A program made the position numbers and the translations under genes. Positions 28,734-37,221 of a DNA stretch of 64,000 nt are shown in pieces. Below the pieces are notes generated by a model, which worked only from the letters and a program-made list of their open reading frames with translations, did not search any database and was not told the DNA's origin. This DNA is from an uncultured virus (IMG/VR IMGVR_UViG_3300030376_002698) (taxonomy: Duplodnaviria; Heunggongvirae; Uroviricota; Caudoviricetes). Location of the stretch: IMG/VR virus record IMGVR_UViG_3300030376_002698, positions 1 through 64,000 of that record. The stretch is one strand, 5' to 3'. Position 1 is the first letter of the stretch; each line of letters opens with the position of its first letter.

Positions 28734-29199
28734 GTTTCCCCAATGGTCAGGAGGTAGTTGGGTTGTCGGATTAGGCAGTTACCTATTTCGGCAATCCAAT
28801 GTTATCCATGTGTACTGTGACTACCGTAGAAAGAGTGGCAGCAAGTTATGGGATGGGTACAAGGTATGTACCAAAGCCTTTGCGGAGAAATATCCCCTTA
28901 CTCCGTTAAAATCAAATCCTAGTGTCAAGCTCTATCGTATTCCTTTTGGTGAATTAGAAACTCACCATGAGGAATATATGGATAAAGAACATTTAGCGAA
29001 ACAACAGGCAACAAAGCCAGAACAAAAAGTGAACAAAAGACTTCTCAATAAAAGAGAATTAGAGTATCGTATTTTACAACAGAAACATCAGAGTGAAAAA
29101 AATCAGTCTGCGTTAGAAGTTGTCATTAATATTTTTTGCGAGGGTAAGAAAGTTAATGTCTACGAGATAAACAAAAACGATTACGAATTGGAGTATTAA
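28693..29199 (+). CDS. Hypothetical protein
   Basis: Operon context; start may be a few codons downstream. Confidence 0.55.
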   Translation: MITESIMARDFHLKFPQWSGGSWVVGLGSYLFRQSNVIHVYCDYRRKSGSKLWDGYKVCTKAFAEKYPLTPLKSNPSVKLYRIPFGELETHHEEYMDKEHLAKQQATKPEQKVNKRLLNKRELEYRILQQKHQSEKNQSALEVVINIFCEGKKVNVYEINKNDYELEY

Positions 29200-29699
29200 T
29201 GATTGATTCTGTCAAAGATATTAAAATAGAGGAAACCAGAGCTCAAATTGCGTGTATGTTAAATGAAATATGGCACAGTAGATTACCCAAATTACATTGG
29301 TCAAATGTAGTTAGAAGTAAACATTATGTTTGCTATGTTTTTAAATATAAAGAAGCAATAATTGGAGTTGGTATTTGGTCTAGTCCTGTTGCTTCAAATA
29401 GATTTAAAAAAAGTTCATCTATGTTGGAATTAAGAAGAATGGCTTTATCAAATGTATGTCCAAAGAATACGGCATCTTTTACTATATCTAAAATGATTAA
29501 AGAAATAAAAATTAAATTTGAAGATATAACTCGCCTTATATCATATCAAGATAAGGATGTTCATAATGGTACTATATATAAGGCAAGTAATTGGTTTGTT
29601 GCTAGTGAGGTACCTTTGCTTGAATGGAATACAAAAACAAGAAAAAGAAACAAATTACAATCAAATTCAAAAAAAATAAGATGGGAGTATCAAATATGA
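29199..29699 (+). CDS. Mom-like (GNAT) DNA modification protein
   Basis: ELRRM, PKNTAS..IS, ISY.D...H.GTIYKASNW motifs. Confidence 0.75.
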   Translation: MIDSVKDIKIEETRAQIACMLNEIWHSRLPKLHWSNVVRSKHYVCYVFKYKEAIIGVGIWSSPVASNRFKKSSSMLELRRMALSNVCPKNTASFTISKMIKEIKIKFEDITRLISYQDKDVHNGTIYKASNWFVASEVPLLEWNTKTRKRNKLQSNSKKIRWEYQI

Positions 29700-30019
29700 T
29701 TACAGAACAACAAGTACAATCTGCTCTTGATTGGATGATTACCAATGAAGATGATATGGCGAAAGCCAAGGCTGACTATCACGACTTAGATCGTTTTAGT
29801 AAAACTATAAAAGCTGAGTTGATGTCACAAGTCAGTTCTAATATGAGTGTGTCGGCCAGAGAGATAGAAGCTCTAGCTCATCAAAAGTACATAACGCATC
29901 TATCGGCATTACGAGCAGCCGAACAACGGTATCTACAATTAGAATATAAAATGGATCACAACAAACTGATCTGTCAGTTATGGCAAACTATAAGTGCCAA
30001 CAAAAGACAATCTGTCTGA
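29696..30019 (+). CDS. Coiled-coil hypothetical protein
   Basis: ATG 29696 overlaps the previous stop; helical. Confidence 0.55.
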   Translation: MITEQQVQSALDWMITNEDDMAKAKADYHDLDRFSKTIKAELMSQVSSNMSVSAREIEALAHQKYITHLSALRAAEQRYLQLEYKMDHNKLICQLWQTISANKRQSV

Positions 30020-30022
30020 TTT

Positions 30023-30391
30023 GTGGAACCGATTGAACAGTCATTCAATCTTACAGGCGAAGTCTTACTATGGGTTAGTGTTATCATGCAGTCAGTACAT
30101 GACGCTAAATTAGATTTTAACGACACCCAAATACACTACTCACCGAAAAAGACTGGGCCAAATAAATACGACATCACCGATAGTCATGGCTATAAGCTAT
30201 CTCAAGCACGACTAAAAGATTATCATAACTGTTTAGAAGCTCGTATGTGGTTTGAGAAACAAGATGAAGATTTTAAGGTTGTATGCTCATTGGCTAACTT
30301 ACACGGTGATTTTGTTTATAAACTCTATCAGCAAGTCTTAGCCAGTGATGGGGTTGATCCAACCGAAATGCTAAAAAGATTTATGAGATAA
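30023..30391 (+). CDS. Conserved phage hypothetical protein
   Basis: LW..V...A..D and AR.WF....DF..VC.LA pattern. Confidence 0.6.
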   Translation: MEPIEQSFNLTGEVLLWVSVIMQSVHDAKLDFNDTQIHYSPKKTGPNKYDITDSHGYKLSQARLKDYHNCLEARMWFEKQDEDFKVVCSLANLHGDFVYKLYQQVLASDGVDPTEMLKRFMR

Positions 30392-30481
30392 CAACCCAAA
30401 AAAAAATTTTAATTTGGACACAATGTTGCCACAATTATGTAAGATAATCTTTTTATAAATAATAACTAAAGGAGTATAAAA

Positions 30482-30688
30482 ATGTATAAATTTACTTTTG
30501 TTGCTAAAAACCCAAGCGGTCAAGTCAAAGCTCTCGCAATGGGTAATGATAAGCAAAAAACTAAGGAACATTGCTCACAGCAATTAACTGCTTGGTTTAA
30601 TAAAAAGAAAGCTAAAGACGAACTTTATATGGAAGCGTATGAACAATCTGAATATGAGATTGTTCAAGTTGATAATAATGATTGTTAA
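30482..30688 (+). CDS. Hypothetical protein
   Basis: AAGGAG RBS. Confidence 0.55.
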   Translation: MYKFTFVAKNPSGQVKALAMGNDKQKTKEHCSQQLTAWFNKKKAKDELYMEAYEQSEYEIVQVDNNDC

Positions 30689-30691
30689 AAA

Positions 30692-30973
30692 TTAATTTAA
30701 TAACGGATTAGATTGAGCTGTCTTAAATTCTTCTAGCCTTGCTTCTAAGTAATCTAAGGCAGCTCCATTAATCTTGATGTCACCTCTTAGTTCTTCAATA
30801 GCTTTATAAACTTCAGTTAAATCTACTTCTTGATTTACTACAAACTCTTTATCCTCAATAACGTCTAGTCTTTGGTTAAACGTACCCCAAGTATAGAACC
30901 CACCACCAATGGCAGATACGAGTGCGATTAACATTCCAATAGTTTGTAATTTAGATACCATTCCTTGCATCAA
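30692..30973 (-). CDS. Membrane-anchored coiled-coil protein
   Basis: N-terminal TM segment, coiled coil, NPL C-terminus. Confidence 0.65.
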   Translation of the reverse strand: MMQGMVSKLQTIGMLIALVSAIGGGFYTWGTFNQRLDVIEDKEFVVNQEVDLTEVYKAIEELRGDIKINGAALDYLEARLEEFKTAQSNPLLN

Positions 30974-32750
30974 TAAGCTCCTTTAATTTTCTATATGCTT
31001 TGTTAGTTTTGTCTCTAGCAACATCCATTTTGACTTCGTGTTGGGCCACTGGATCTATCGTTGCCATTGATATTTGATTTTGATAAATAGTTTTGTCATA
31101 ACCTACTAGTGCAACTTGGTCAAAGAACGCAGGATTGCCACCAGGTAGTTGACGGTTATCAATCATAGCATTGTTAAGTGCCGTGTAAGATGACAAGTCA
31201 GGTTGATTAGCAGTCATCTCTTTACTTAAAATAGCATTGACTACATCTAAGGTTGCAGTGACCTGTTGTATTTTACTAGTCACTTGTTCTTTAATAACTC
31301 GTTCTATGTTAGCTATATTTATTTTAGGTTTTTCAGTAGTTATATCTTCTTCCACTGTTGCGTCAGGCTTTGACTCAATCTTTGTTTCAACTGGTTTCTC
31401 GACAACTTCTTCTTGTTCGGTAGTCTTTGGCTCTGATACTGGTTCGTCTGCAACAAGTTCTTCGCTACTGGGTTGTTCTTCAATTTGTTCATCTATCGCT
31501 TCTTCCATTACAACTTCTTGCATGGGTTTTTCTTCTATGATGGGTTCAGATTCAGCCGATGCCATCATAAGAGGTTCTTTAATATCTTCGATTGGAGTTT
31601 CTTCCATAGGTGGTTTTTCTGTCACAATCTCCATAACAGGCTCATCCATGGGTTCTTCAATAAACTCAGGCTCGTCAGTAAACATCTCAACAAGTTCTTC
31701 TGTACTCATTGGTGCTACTTCAAACATCTCCATATCACTTGGCATACCAATATCAAAGTAGTCAGTCTCAGGCATACTTAGTTCTTGGTCAAATACTTCT
31801 ATGTTTTCGAAGTTAGGCATCATATCAGTGGCATCCATTGACATCACTTCTACTTCAATACTTTCAATCTGCATATCATCCATACTGATCTCCATTGGAG
31901 GTAACTCATATATTACAGGCTCAAAGTCATTTTCTAATTCTATTTCTTCAGGCACAAAGTAAGTGATAGTTTCAGGTATGGCATACACCACAAATTCTTC
32001 AGGGATATAAAAATCTTCAGGTATGTTTTGGATAACTTCTTCTACTGCTGCTAATTCTTCTGTAGCAGGACAAGTGCTTGGCACCTTTTGCCAACAATAC
32101 TCTATTGTCGTGACAGTGGTACTGGACAAAGATGTGTAATTAACTGTTGCCATTGGGTTGGTCACATCAACTCCAGCATGACCACCGTTATAACTTGCTT
32201 GATTATTGTTGGTAATGTCAAAATCAAAACGATACGTCATAGTACCGTGCGTCATATTAGGATCAGCGTTCATAATTAAAGTATTACCGTAATTATTTAA
32301 CTGATAATTATGATTGGTAGTATCGACAAAGGTTGTACTTTGGGTAGTAGTGTCAACACCGTTGGATGCAGTTTGTGACATTGTAACGATAGACTCAACT
32401 GAGTTCCACCACCTTATGTCAGCAGTAAAATTAGAAGTAAAACCTTGTTTCATTTCTTCTAACGTCAAATAGTCTGTCGAGTTTATGACTGTCTCTGCGT
32501 AAGTGTTTTCTTTACCAGTCAACCAAGTTGAGTGATTAAGGTCTGAGTTGTCAGGAAATATAGTCCCGTTCCAAGTACCATCATCAAAGTCTTGTGATAT
32601 TAAATTACCTGTCGTTACAGGATTACCTGAAGTAACGGTAGTGATAGTAGTGGTGTCACCTACGTTGGGAGTGTCGGGTAAAACTACGTCTGTTGCTTTA
32701 CTCGCTACCGAGCTGAACAGTACCGCCAGAATAATTAATGACTGTCTCAT
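30951..32750 (-). CDS. Exported protein with long acidic Glu/Pro/Met-rich linker
   Basis: Signal peptide, Thr/Asn-rich domain, acidic region, helical C-terminus. Confidence 0.7.
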   Translation of the reverse strand: MRQSLIILAVLFSSVASKATDVVLPDTPNVGDTTTITTVTSGNPVTTGNLISQDFDDGTWNGTIFPDNSDLNHSTWLTGKENTYAETVINSTDYLTLEEMKQGFTSNFTADIRWWNSVESIVTMSQTASNGVDTTTQSTTFVDTTNHNYQLNNYGNTLIMNADPNMTHGTMTYRFDFDITNNNQASYNGGHAGVDVTNPMATVNYTSLSSTTVTTIEYCWQKVPSTCPATEELAAVEEVIQNIPEDFYIPEEFVVYAIPETITYFVPEEIELENDFEPVIYELPPMEISMDDMQIESIEVEVMSMDATDMMPNFENIEVFDQELSMPETDYFDIGMPSDMEMFEVAPMSTEELVEMFTDEPEFIEEPMDEPVMEIVTEKPPMEETPIEDIKEPLMMASAESEPIIEEKPMQEVVMEEAIDEQIEEQPSSEELVADEPVSEPKTTEQEEVVEKPVETKIESKPDATVEEDITTEKPKINIANIERVIKEQVTSKIQQVTATLDVVNAILSKEMTANQPDLSSYTALNNAMIDNRQLPGGNPAFFDQVALVGYDKTIYQNQISMATIDPVAQHEVKMDVARDKTNKAYRKLKELIDARNGI

Positions 32751-33411
32751 CTTCTTCTTGCTCCAGGTCTATTATTTTTTGATCGTCTATTCTTGTCGTG
32801 TACTTTAAGTTCTTGGTATATTCTTCGTAATCAGGTCTAAGTTGTGGATATTCTTTCCATTTAGCTTCAGCGTCAGTACCTATAGCTCCTAAAAACGGAC
32901 AACTTGTACCAGCATGAGCCATAGCTTCAAACACCATTGGGTTTTGACATAGTAAAGCTATACTGGCCACACGCATATTCATGTCATGAAGAGCTTTTGC
33001 AAGTTTAAGTCTTTCACAATTTATATCACGTTTACTTGTACCAGCAGATATGCCAAGACCAAACTTTTGTATGCCACCTACTACCGCTATACTACATACG
33101 TCTTGTGACATATTAGATAAGCTAGGTGCAGCAGAACTAGGCACGACACGTTGATCACCAGTGTATGCGTTGTTGGTTGTTTCGTTGTTAGTAGTTGTGT
33201 TAGAAGATGATCCTGATTGAAAGTTAGTAGTTGCCTCACTGTGATAGCCACCAGTGATAGCAGTATTGGTTGCAGAACTACCAGAAGTAGACTGTGTGTT
33301 AGTGGTTGATCCTGCACCAGTTACATCTGCCAAAGCAGAATCCATTAATGCACTAAAAGCCCACAACATACCTACTGTGATAACTATAGCTATACCTATA
33401 CTTCTTATCAT
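32698..33411 (-). CDS. Exported Cys-containing protein
   Basis: Signal/anchor, Ser/Thr linker, DVC, NCERLKL, LLCQ, SCP motifs. Confidence 0.7.
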   Translation of the reverse strand: MIRSIGIAIVITVGMLWAFSALMDSALADVTGAGSTTNTQSTSGSSATNTAITGGYHSEATTNFQSGSSSNTTTNNETTNNAYTGDQRVVPSSAAPSLSNMSQDVCSIAVVGGIQKFGLGISAGTSKRDINCERLKLAKALHDMNMRVASIALLCQNPMVFEAMAHAGTSCPFLGAIGTDAEAKWKEYPQLRPDYEEYTKNLKYTTRIDDQKIIDLEQEEDETVINYSGGTVQLGSE

Positions 33412-33620
33412 ACTTCTTCCCCGTATCTGCTTTCGCAGTAAAATTCAAAACCTGTCATGTCATCACCATACTCAATAAGGTGTGGAGCTAACAACTCAAC
33501 TTTATTATTAGTGATGAATTCCCAACACGCCCAAGTATCGTTAAATGTTTTTAGTTTATACTCTCTAGTAAATTGCTCGCCACCACTAAATGTTAGCATG
33601 ATGGTTATAACAAAGAACAT
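33408..33620 (-). CDS. Small hypothetical protein with two Cys
   Basis: Coupled in the operon; hydrophobic N-terminus. Confidence 0.55.
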   Translation of the reverse strand: MFFVITIMLTFSGGEQFTREYKLKTFNDTWACWEFITNNKVELLAPHLIEYGDDMTGFEFYCESRYGEEV

Positions 33621-34051
33621 TATTTTTTAACTAATGATCCGCCGAAGTATAAGCCAATAATAGCTGATACGAGGTTAGTATCTAATGGGGTTATAACGAT
33701 ACCTTTATGTGCCATTGGTACCCATTGCATAACATCTTTGCCTTCAAAGAATAAGAAACCAGGTTTCCATTCGGTATAACCCACAATCACGTGAGCATCG
33801 GGGGTTACTAATGGTAGGATCTTTGGTAAGACCACAATAGCAAATACTGCCGTTAAGGCGATAATACGTCTAGTCCATTGGAAACCAGGATTCTCATATT
33901 CTCTAGCTTCTTTAAATATCTCTGCTTGTTTATCAGCTCTTGCTAATAACATCTTTTGCTCTGCTTGTTTTGCTTTGATAGACTGTGACCATATAGTCAT
34001 AACTCCACCAAGCAAGGTACTACCGAGCATGGTAATCATTTCAAATGGCAT
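33620..34051 (-). CDS. Holin-like membrane protein
   Basis: About three hydrophobic segments, WTRR.IA and GLYFG motifs. Confidence 0.5.
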   Translation of the reverse strand: MPFEMITMLGSTLLGGVMTIWSQSIKAKQAEQKMLLARADKQAEIFKEAREYENPGFQWTRRIIALTAVFAIVVLPKILPLVTPDAHVIVGYTEWKPGFLFFEGKDVMQWVPMAHKGIVITPLDTNLVSAIIGLYFGGSLVKK

Positions 34052-34060
34052 TAGTGCCTC

Positions 34061-34441
34061 CTATTTAATTGTATAACCTGTTGGTTGGGTAGATAACATC
34101 GGAGTCTTTTCAACTTGATTTCCTGCAAGAATATCTTCGATGTTTTTATTTATATACCAAACGACTGAACCTATAATACTATCTCTAGTAAAGGTGTCTG
34201 AAATCTCTTTTAGCGGACAGCCAAACTGCAGTAACAGTGATACTGCTTTACCTGAACTCCGTAACTCTCGGTCTAGTGTTGATTCTGATTTTTTTGTTTT
34301 AACCCATACTGCTACAGGTGTAATACCCTCTTCATCTAAAACGTAATCAAGAATTGCATTAAGTGGGTTATCATCCACTATCATTCTTACATTCGCAGAA
34401 TACATTCTGTCAGGTACTTTAAATCGTGCCACGTTATTCAT
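34061..34441 (-). CDS. TSCPD-like (class II RNR C-terminal-like) small protein
   Basis: S.LD..L......S.LLQ.G..L..I pattern. Confidence 0.45.
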   Translation of the reverse strand: MNNVARFKVPDRMYSANVRMIVDDNPLNAILDYVLDEEGITPVAVWVKTKKSESTLDRELRSSGKAVSLLLQFGCPLKEISDTFTRDSIIGSVVWYINKNIEDILAGNQVEKTPMLSTQPTGYTIK

Positions 34442-34643
34442 TTTCTATTTCTTTTAACATTTGCAATACGTGTATTGCTTTGTCAAGGTTTTCAATACGT
34501 GAGCCTTTTTGTCTTAAAATATACTGTATGGCATCGCCTTCAGCTTTACCTACTTTGTTTTTTATAAAAAATTCCATTAACTGTATCGGCCATGCTAAAT
34601 AATGTTCACCGCCAACTTGTTCATCAAAAGCACTCATGGACAC
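34434..34643 (-). CDS. T7 gp1.7-like / DUF3310 protein
   Basis: QVGGEHY, G..I.Y..R, L.KA.H motifs. Confidence 0.65.
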   Translation of the reverse strand: MSMSAFDEQVGGEHYLAWPIQLMEFFIKNKVGKAEGDAIQYILRQKGSRIENLDKAIHVLQMLKEIENE

Positions 34644-35341
34644 ACTTTATTCCATTTGCCACCCTTTGACAAGACCATAGGTAATAATTTTGGTAAACCA
34701 TCAATGATGATACCGCAACCAATTATCGGTCTTGATTTTTGTGTTTTACAATATTCAAACGCCAATGATTTGGCATCTATAAGACAACCGACCTGCATAC
34801 CCCAATTCAAGTTGTTTGGATTACCCCAGTATTGTATAGAGCAAGAACTATGATAGTGGCCTTGTACTGTTGGACAACCATATTGTTGTGCAACCTTTAA
34901 GACGTTAGCAGCTTTACCATGACAGAAATAAACTTGTTGGCCATTAGACATGGTGATAAGGAGATCATCGTGCCATACCCAACCAGGCCCTACTTGTAAG
35001 AACTCATTATAAGACTTCATGGCAGCTCTTGGCAAACCACTAGCCTTTTGTCTACGATAAACTAACGAACCATGATTACTATCCATAAGATCCATCTTAG
35101 GAAACAGTTTTTCAATTGCATGAATTGTGGGTAATGAGGCTTGATGTTCATCACCTGCACTATATAGGTCAGGATCACTGTCATGAAAACTTATAGCGTG
35201 AGAATCAACTTCATCGCCAATGTGGATGACACGATCTGGCTTGTACTTTTTTTTAAGTGCTTTTAAAAAAGGTATTAGATCTGGATGGTGGTAAGGACAA
35301 TGGGTATCTGAAATAACTAGTATTACCGAGTTCTTAGACAT
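34634..35341 (-). CDS. Calcineurin-like metallophosphoesterase
   Basis: SDTH, GDEVD, SNH, HG, GHYH motifs. Confidence 0.85.
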   Translation of the reverse strand: MSKNSVILVISDTHCPYHHPDLIPFLKALKKKYKPDRVIHIGDEVDSHAISFHDSDPDLYSAGDEHQASLPTIHAIEKLFPKMDLMDSNHGSLVYRRQKASGLPRAAMKSYNEFLQVGPGWVWHDDLLITMSNGQQVYFCHGKAANVLKVAQQYGCPTVQGHYHSSCSIQYWGNPNNLNWGMQVGCLIDAKSLAFEYCKTQKSRPIIGCGIIIDGLPKLLPMVLSKGGKWNKVCP

Positions 35342-35378
35342 ACCTATTTATACACTACTTTACCCTATATGTGCAATA

Positions 35379-35588
35379 CTAGGTAAATGATCTAATAATC
35401 AAGAATAACATCTGTGCAAAAACTGTAATGCCAATAGTCCACACTAAAGTCCGTAATTGACGCATATCTTTCTCAATATGAAATAGATGATTATCCTTGA
35501 GGGTGTTGAGCTTATTATCCATTAGCTCTAGTTTACCCTCAATACGGATAATTGCTTCTCTATTCTGACTTTCCGTCATCTTCAGCAA
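35379..35588 (-). CDS. Coiled-coil protein with C-terminal TM helix
   Basis: DNHL.H motif and C-terminal TM; start perhaps at MTESQ. Confidence 0.6.
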   Translation of the reverse strand: MLKMTESQNREAIIRIEGKLELMDNKLNTLKDNHLFHIEKDMRQLRTLVWTIGITVFAQMLFLIIRSFT

Positions 35589-35751
35589 GTTCTTCTTTTG
35601 GCAGTTCAGCTTGAAGCTGTGCTGTCCAATAGTTTATGACAATATCAAGATCAGCTTTTTGCTCACCAAGTCGCATCAACTTAGAGTACACTGCTTTACC
35701 TTTATCAGATAATTTAGATTCATCATATTCTTTATCGTTTATTGTAAACAT
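35560..35751 (-). CDS. Small protein following the tail fibre
   Basis: FTINDKEYD..L pattern; RBS. Confidence 0.6.
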   Translation of the reverse strand: MFTINDKEYDESKLSDKGKAVYSKLMRLGEQKADLDIVINYWTAQLQAELPKEELAEDDGKSE

Positions 35752-35763
35752 TTTATATCCTTA

Positions 35764-37209
35764 TTATTCTCCTTTTAAAGTTTTAACTTCTGCAGAAAGT
35801 TCTTTGACTGCGTTTATTAAAACAGGTATTAGTCTTTGATAAGTCAAACCATAATTACCATCTTCTCCCTTACTAGTTATAAGAGCAGTTTCATCTTCTA
35901 CTTTATAACCATACTCTCGTTCTAAAACTTCAACATCTTGGGCTAATAAACCACTAAACAATCTTTGTTTTTTATGTGTGCCATCAGGTGTTGCATCATC
36001 ATCATAATCTGACCTCATATCCCATCTATAAGTTACAGGATTTAATTTGTTTACAAAATCAAGTCCCATAGTTAAGGCTTCGACATCTGTTTTATCTCGT
36101 TTGTCTGAAGTTACTGTCCAATCCACCTTTATAGCAGCATCAGTAATCGAATTATTACCTAAAACAATATTGTTACTGCCTGTAGTCACTGTAGCTGGTG
36201 AAGCAGACCTACCAGCTTCAACACCTAAAAGTAAATTATTACTACCTGAAGTTAATTGTAACCCTGCTTCTACACCAACGCAAGTATTAGTAGCACCAGT
36301 GTCTAATGCTCCAGCGGCATTATAACCCACAGCTACGTTATAATCACCAGTGGTGATAGCATCCATTGCTGTTAAACCATAAGCAGTGTTAAATTCTGCG
36401 GTACTATCTGTGCCTGATACATCGTGAGTATAGATAGAATTGTCAGCACTGAAGAAAGGAATACCATTAAAACTACTAGCAACAATAGTGCTTGATCCAG
36501 TTATAGCACCGTCTACTTGTAAGGTAGATGCCATATCTACAGCACCATCAATGTCTACCACATCAAGGTTAGTAGTACCGTCAACATCAAGGTCTGCATT
36601 AAAGTCTACATTACCTGCAGCAGATATAGTTTGTGCAGCAATCGTACTACCTGATTCAGCAGTAAATGTATTGGCTGTAATTACAAAGTCTTTAGCACCA
36701 CCAACATAGATATCAATAGTATCATCAGTAGGAGCTTCAATGTAGGTATCACCATCATCATCTAAGATTACTCGACCACCAAACGCAGCAGTATCTATAC
36801 CTAGTTCAACTTTGGTAGGAGTGCCAGAAGCTAACGAGATACCTGTTAAGTTTACAGTCTGTGTAGTAGATGAGTGAGAAGATGAAGCAATAGTGCCTTC
36901 GACCACATTAGCACCACCATCAGTAATTCTAATTTTTCTACCAGGAAAGTATATACCTGATATGTCTGCTGATGAAGTTATAGTAATAGTATCAGCATCA
37001 CCACGTGCTACTGTATATGTACCATCACCGTCACCAAACTCAAAGTATCCGTCTCCAAGTTGTTCATACATGTCTCTCATGTGACCCATGAGTTCTCTTG
37101 CAGCATTATTGACATTACTTGGTGCCATGTTTTCTGCAAAGTTCACAGTCATACTAGCAGTATTACTGCCTGCTGTTGAACTAAATTTACCTACGCCTGT
37201 TCCAGCCAT
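35764..37209 (-). CDS. Tail fibre with C-terminal intramolecular chaperone (peptidase S74-like), module B
   Basis: TSDKRDK, LNPVTY, GLLAQDV, L..AVKEL motifs; N..vG..A repeats. Confidence 0.85.
   Translation of the reverse strand: MAGTGVGKFSSTAGSNTASMTVNFAENMAPSNVNNAARELMGHMRDMYEQLGDGYFEFGDGDGTYTVARGDADTITITSSADISGIYFPGRKIRITDGGANVVEGTIASSSHSSTTQTVNLTGISLASGTPTKVELGIDTAAFGGRVILDDDGDTYIEAPTDDTIDIYVGGAKDFVITANTFTAESGSTIAAQTISAAGNVDFNADLDVDGTTNLDVVDIDGAVDMASTLQVDGAITGSSTIVASSFNGIPFFSADNSIYTHDVSGTDSTAEFNTAYGLTAMDAITTGDYNVAVGYNAAGALDTGATNTCVGVEAGLQLTSGSNNLLLGVEAGRSASPATVTTGSNNIVLGNNSITDAAIKVDWTVTSDKRDKTDVEALTMGLDFVNKLNPVTYRWDMRSDYDDDATPDGTHKKQRLFSGLLAQDVEVLEREYGYKVEDETALITSKGEDGNYGLTYQRLIPVLINAVKELSAEVKTLKGE
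36646..37209. repeat. Near-identical copy 2 of tail-fibre 5' region
   Basis: Pairs with 704..1267. Confidence 0.9.
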
Positions 37210-37221
37210 TTTGTTTTCTCC

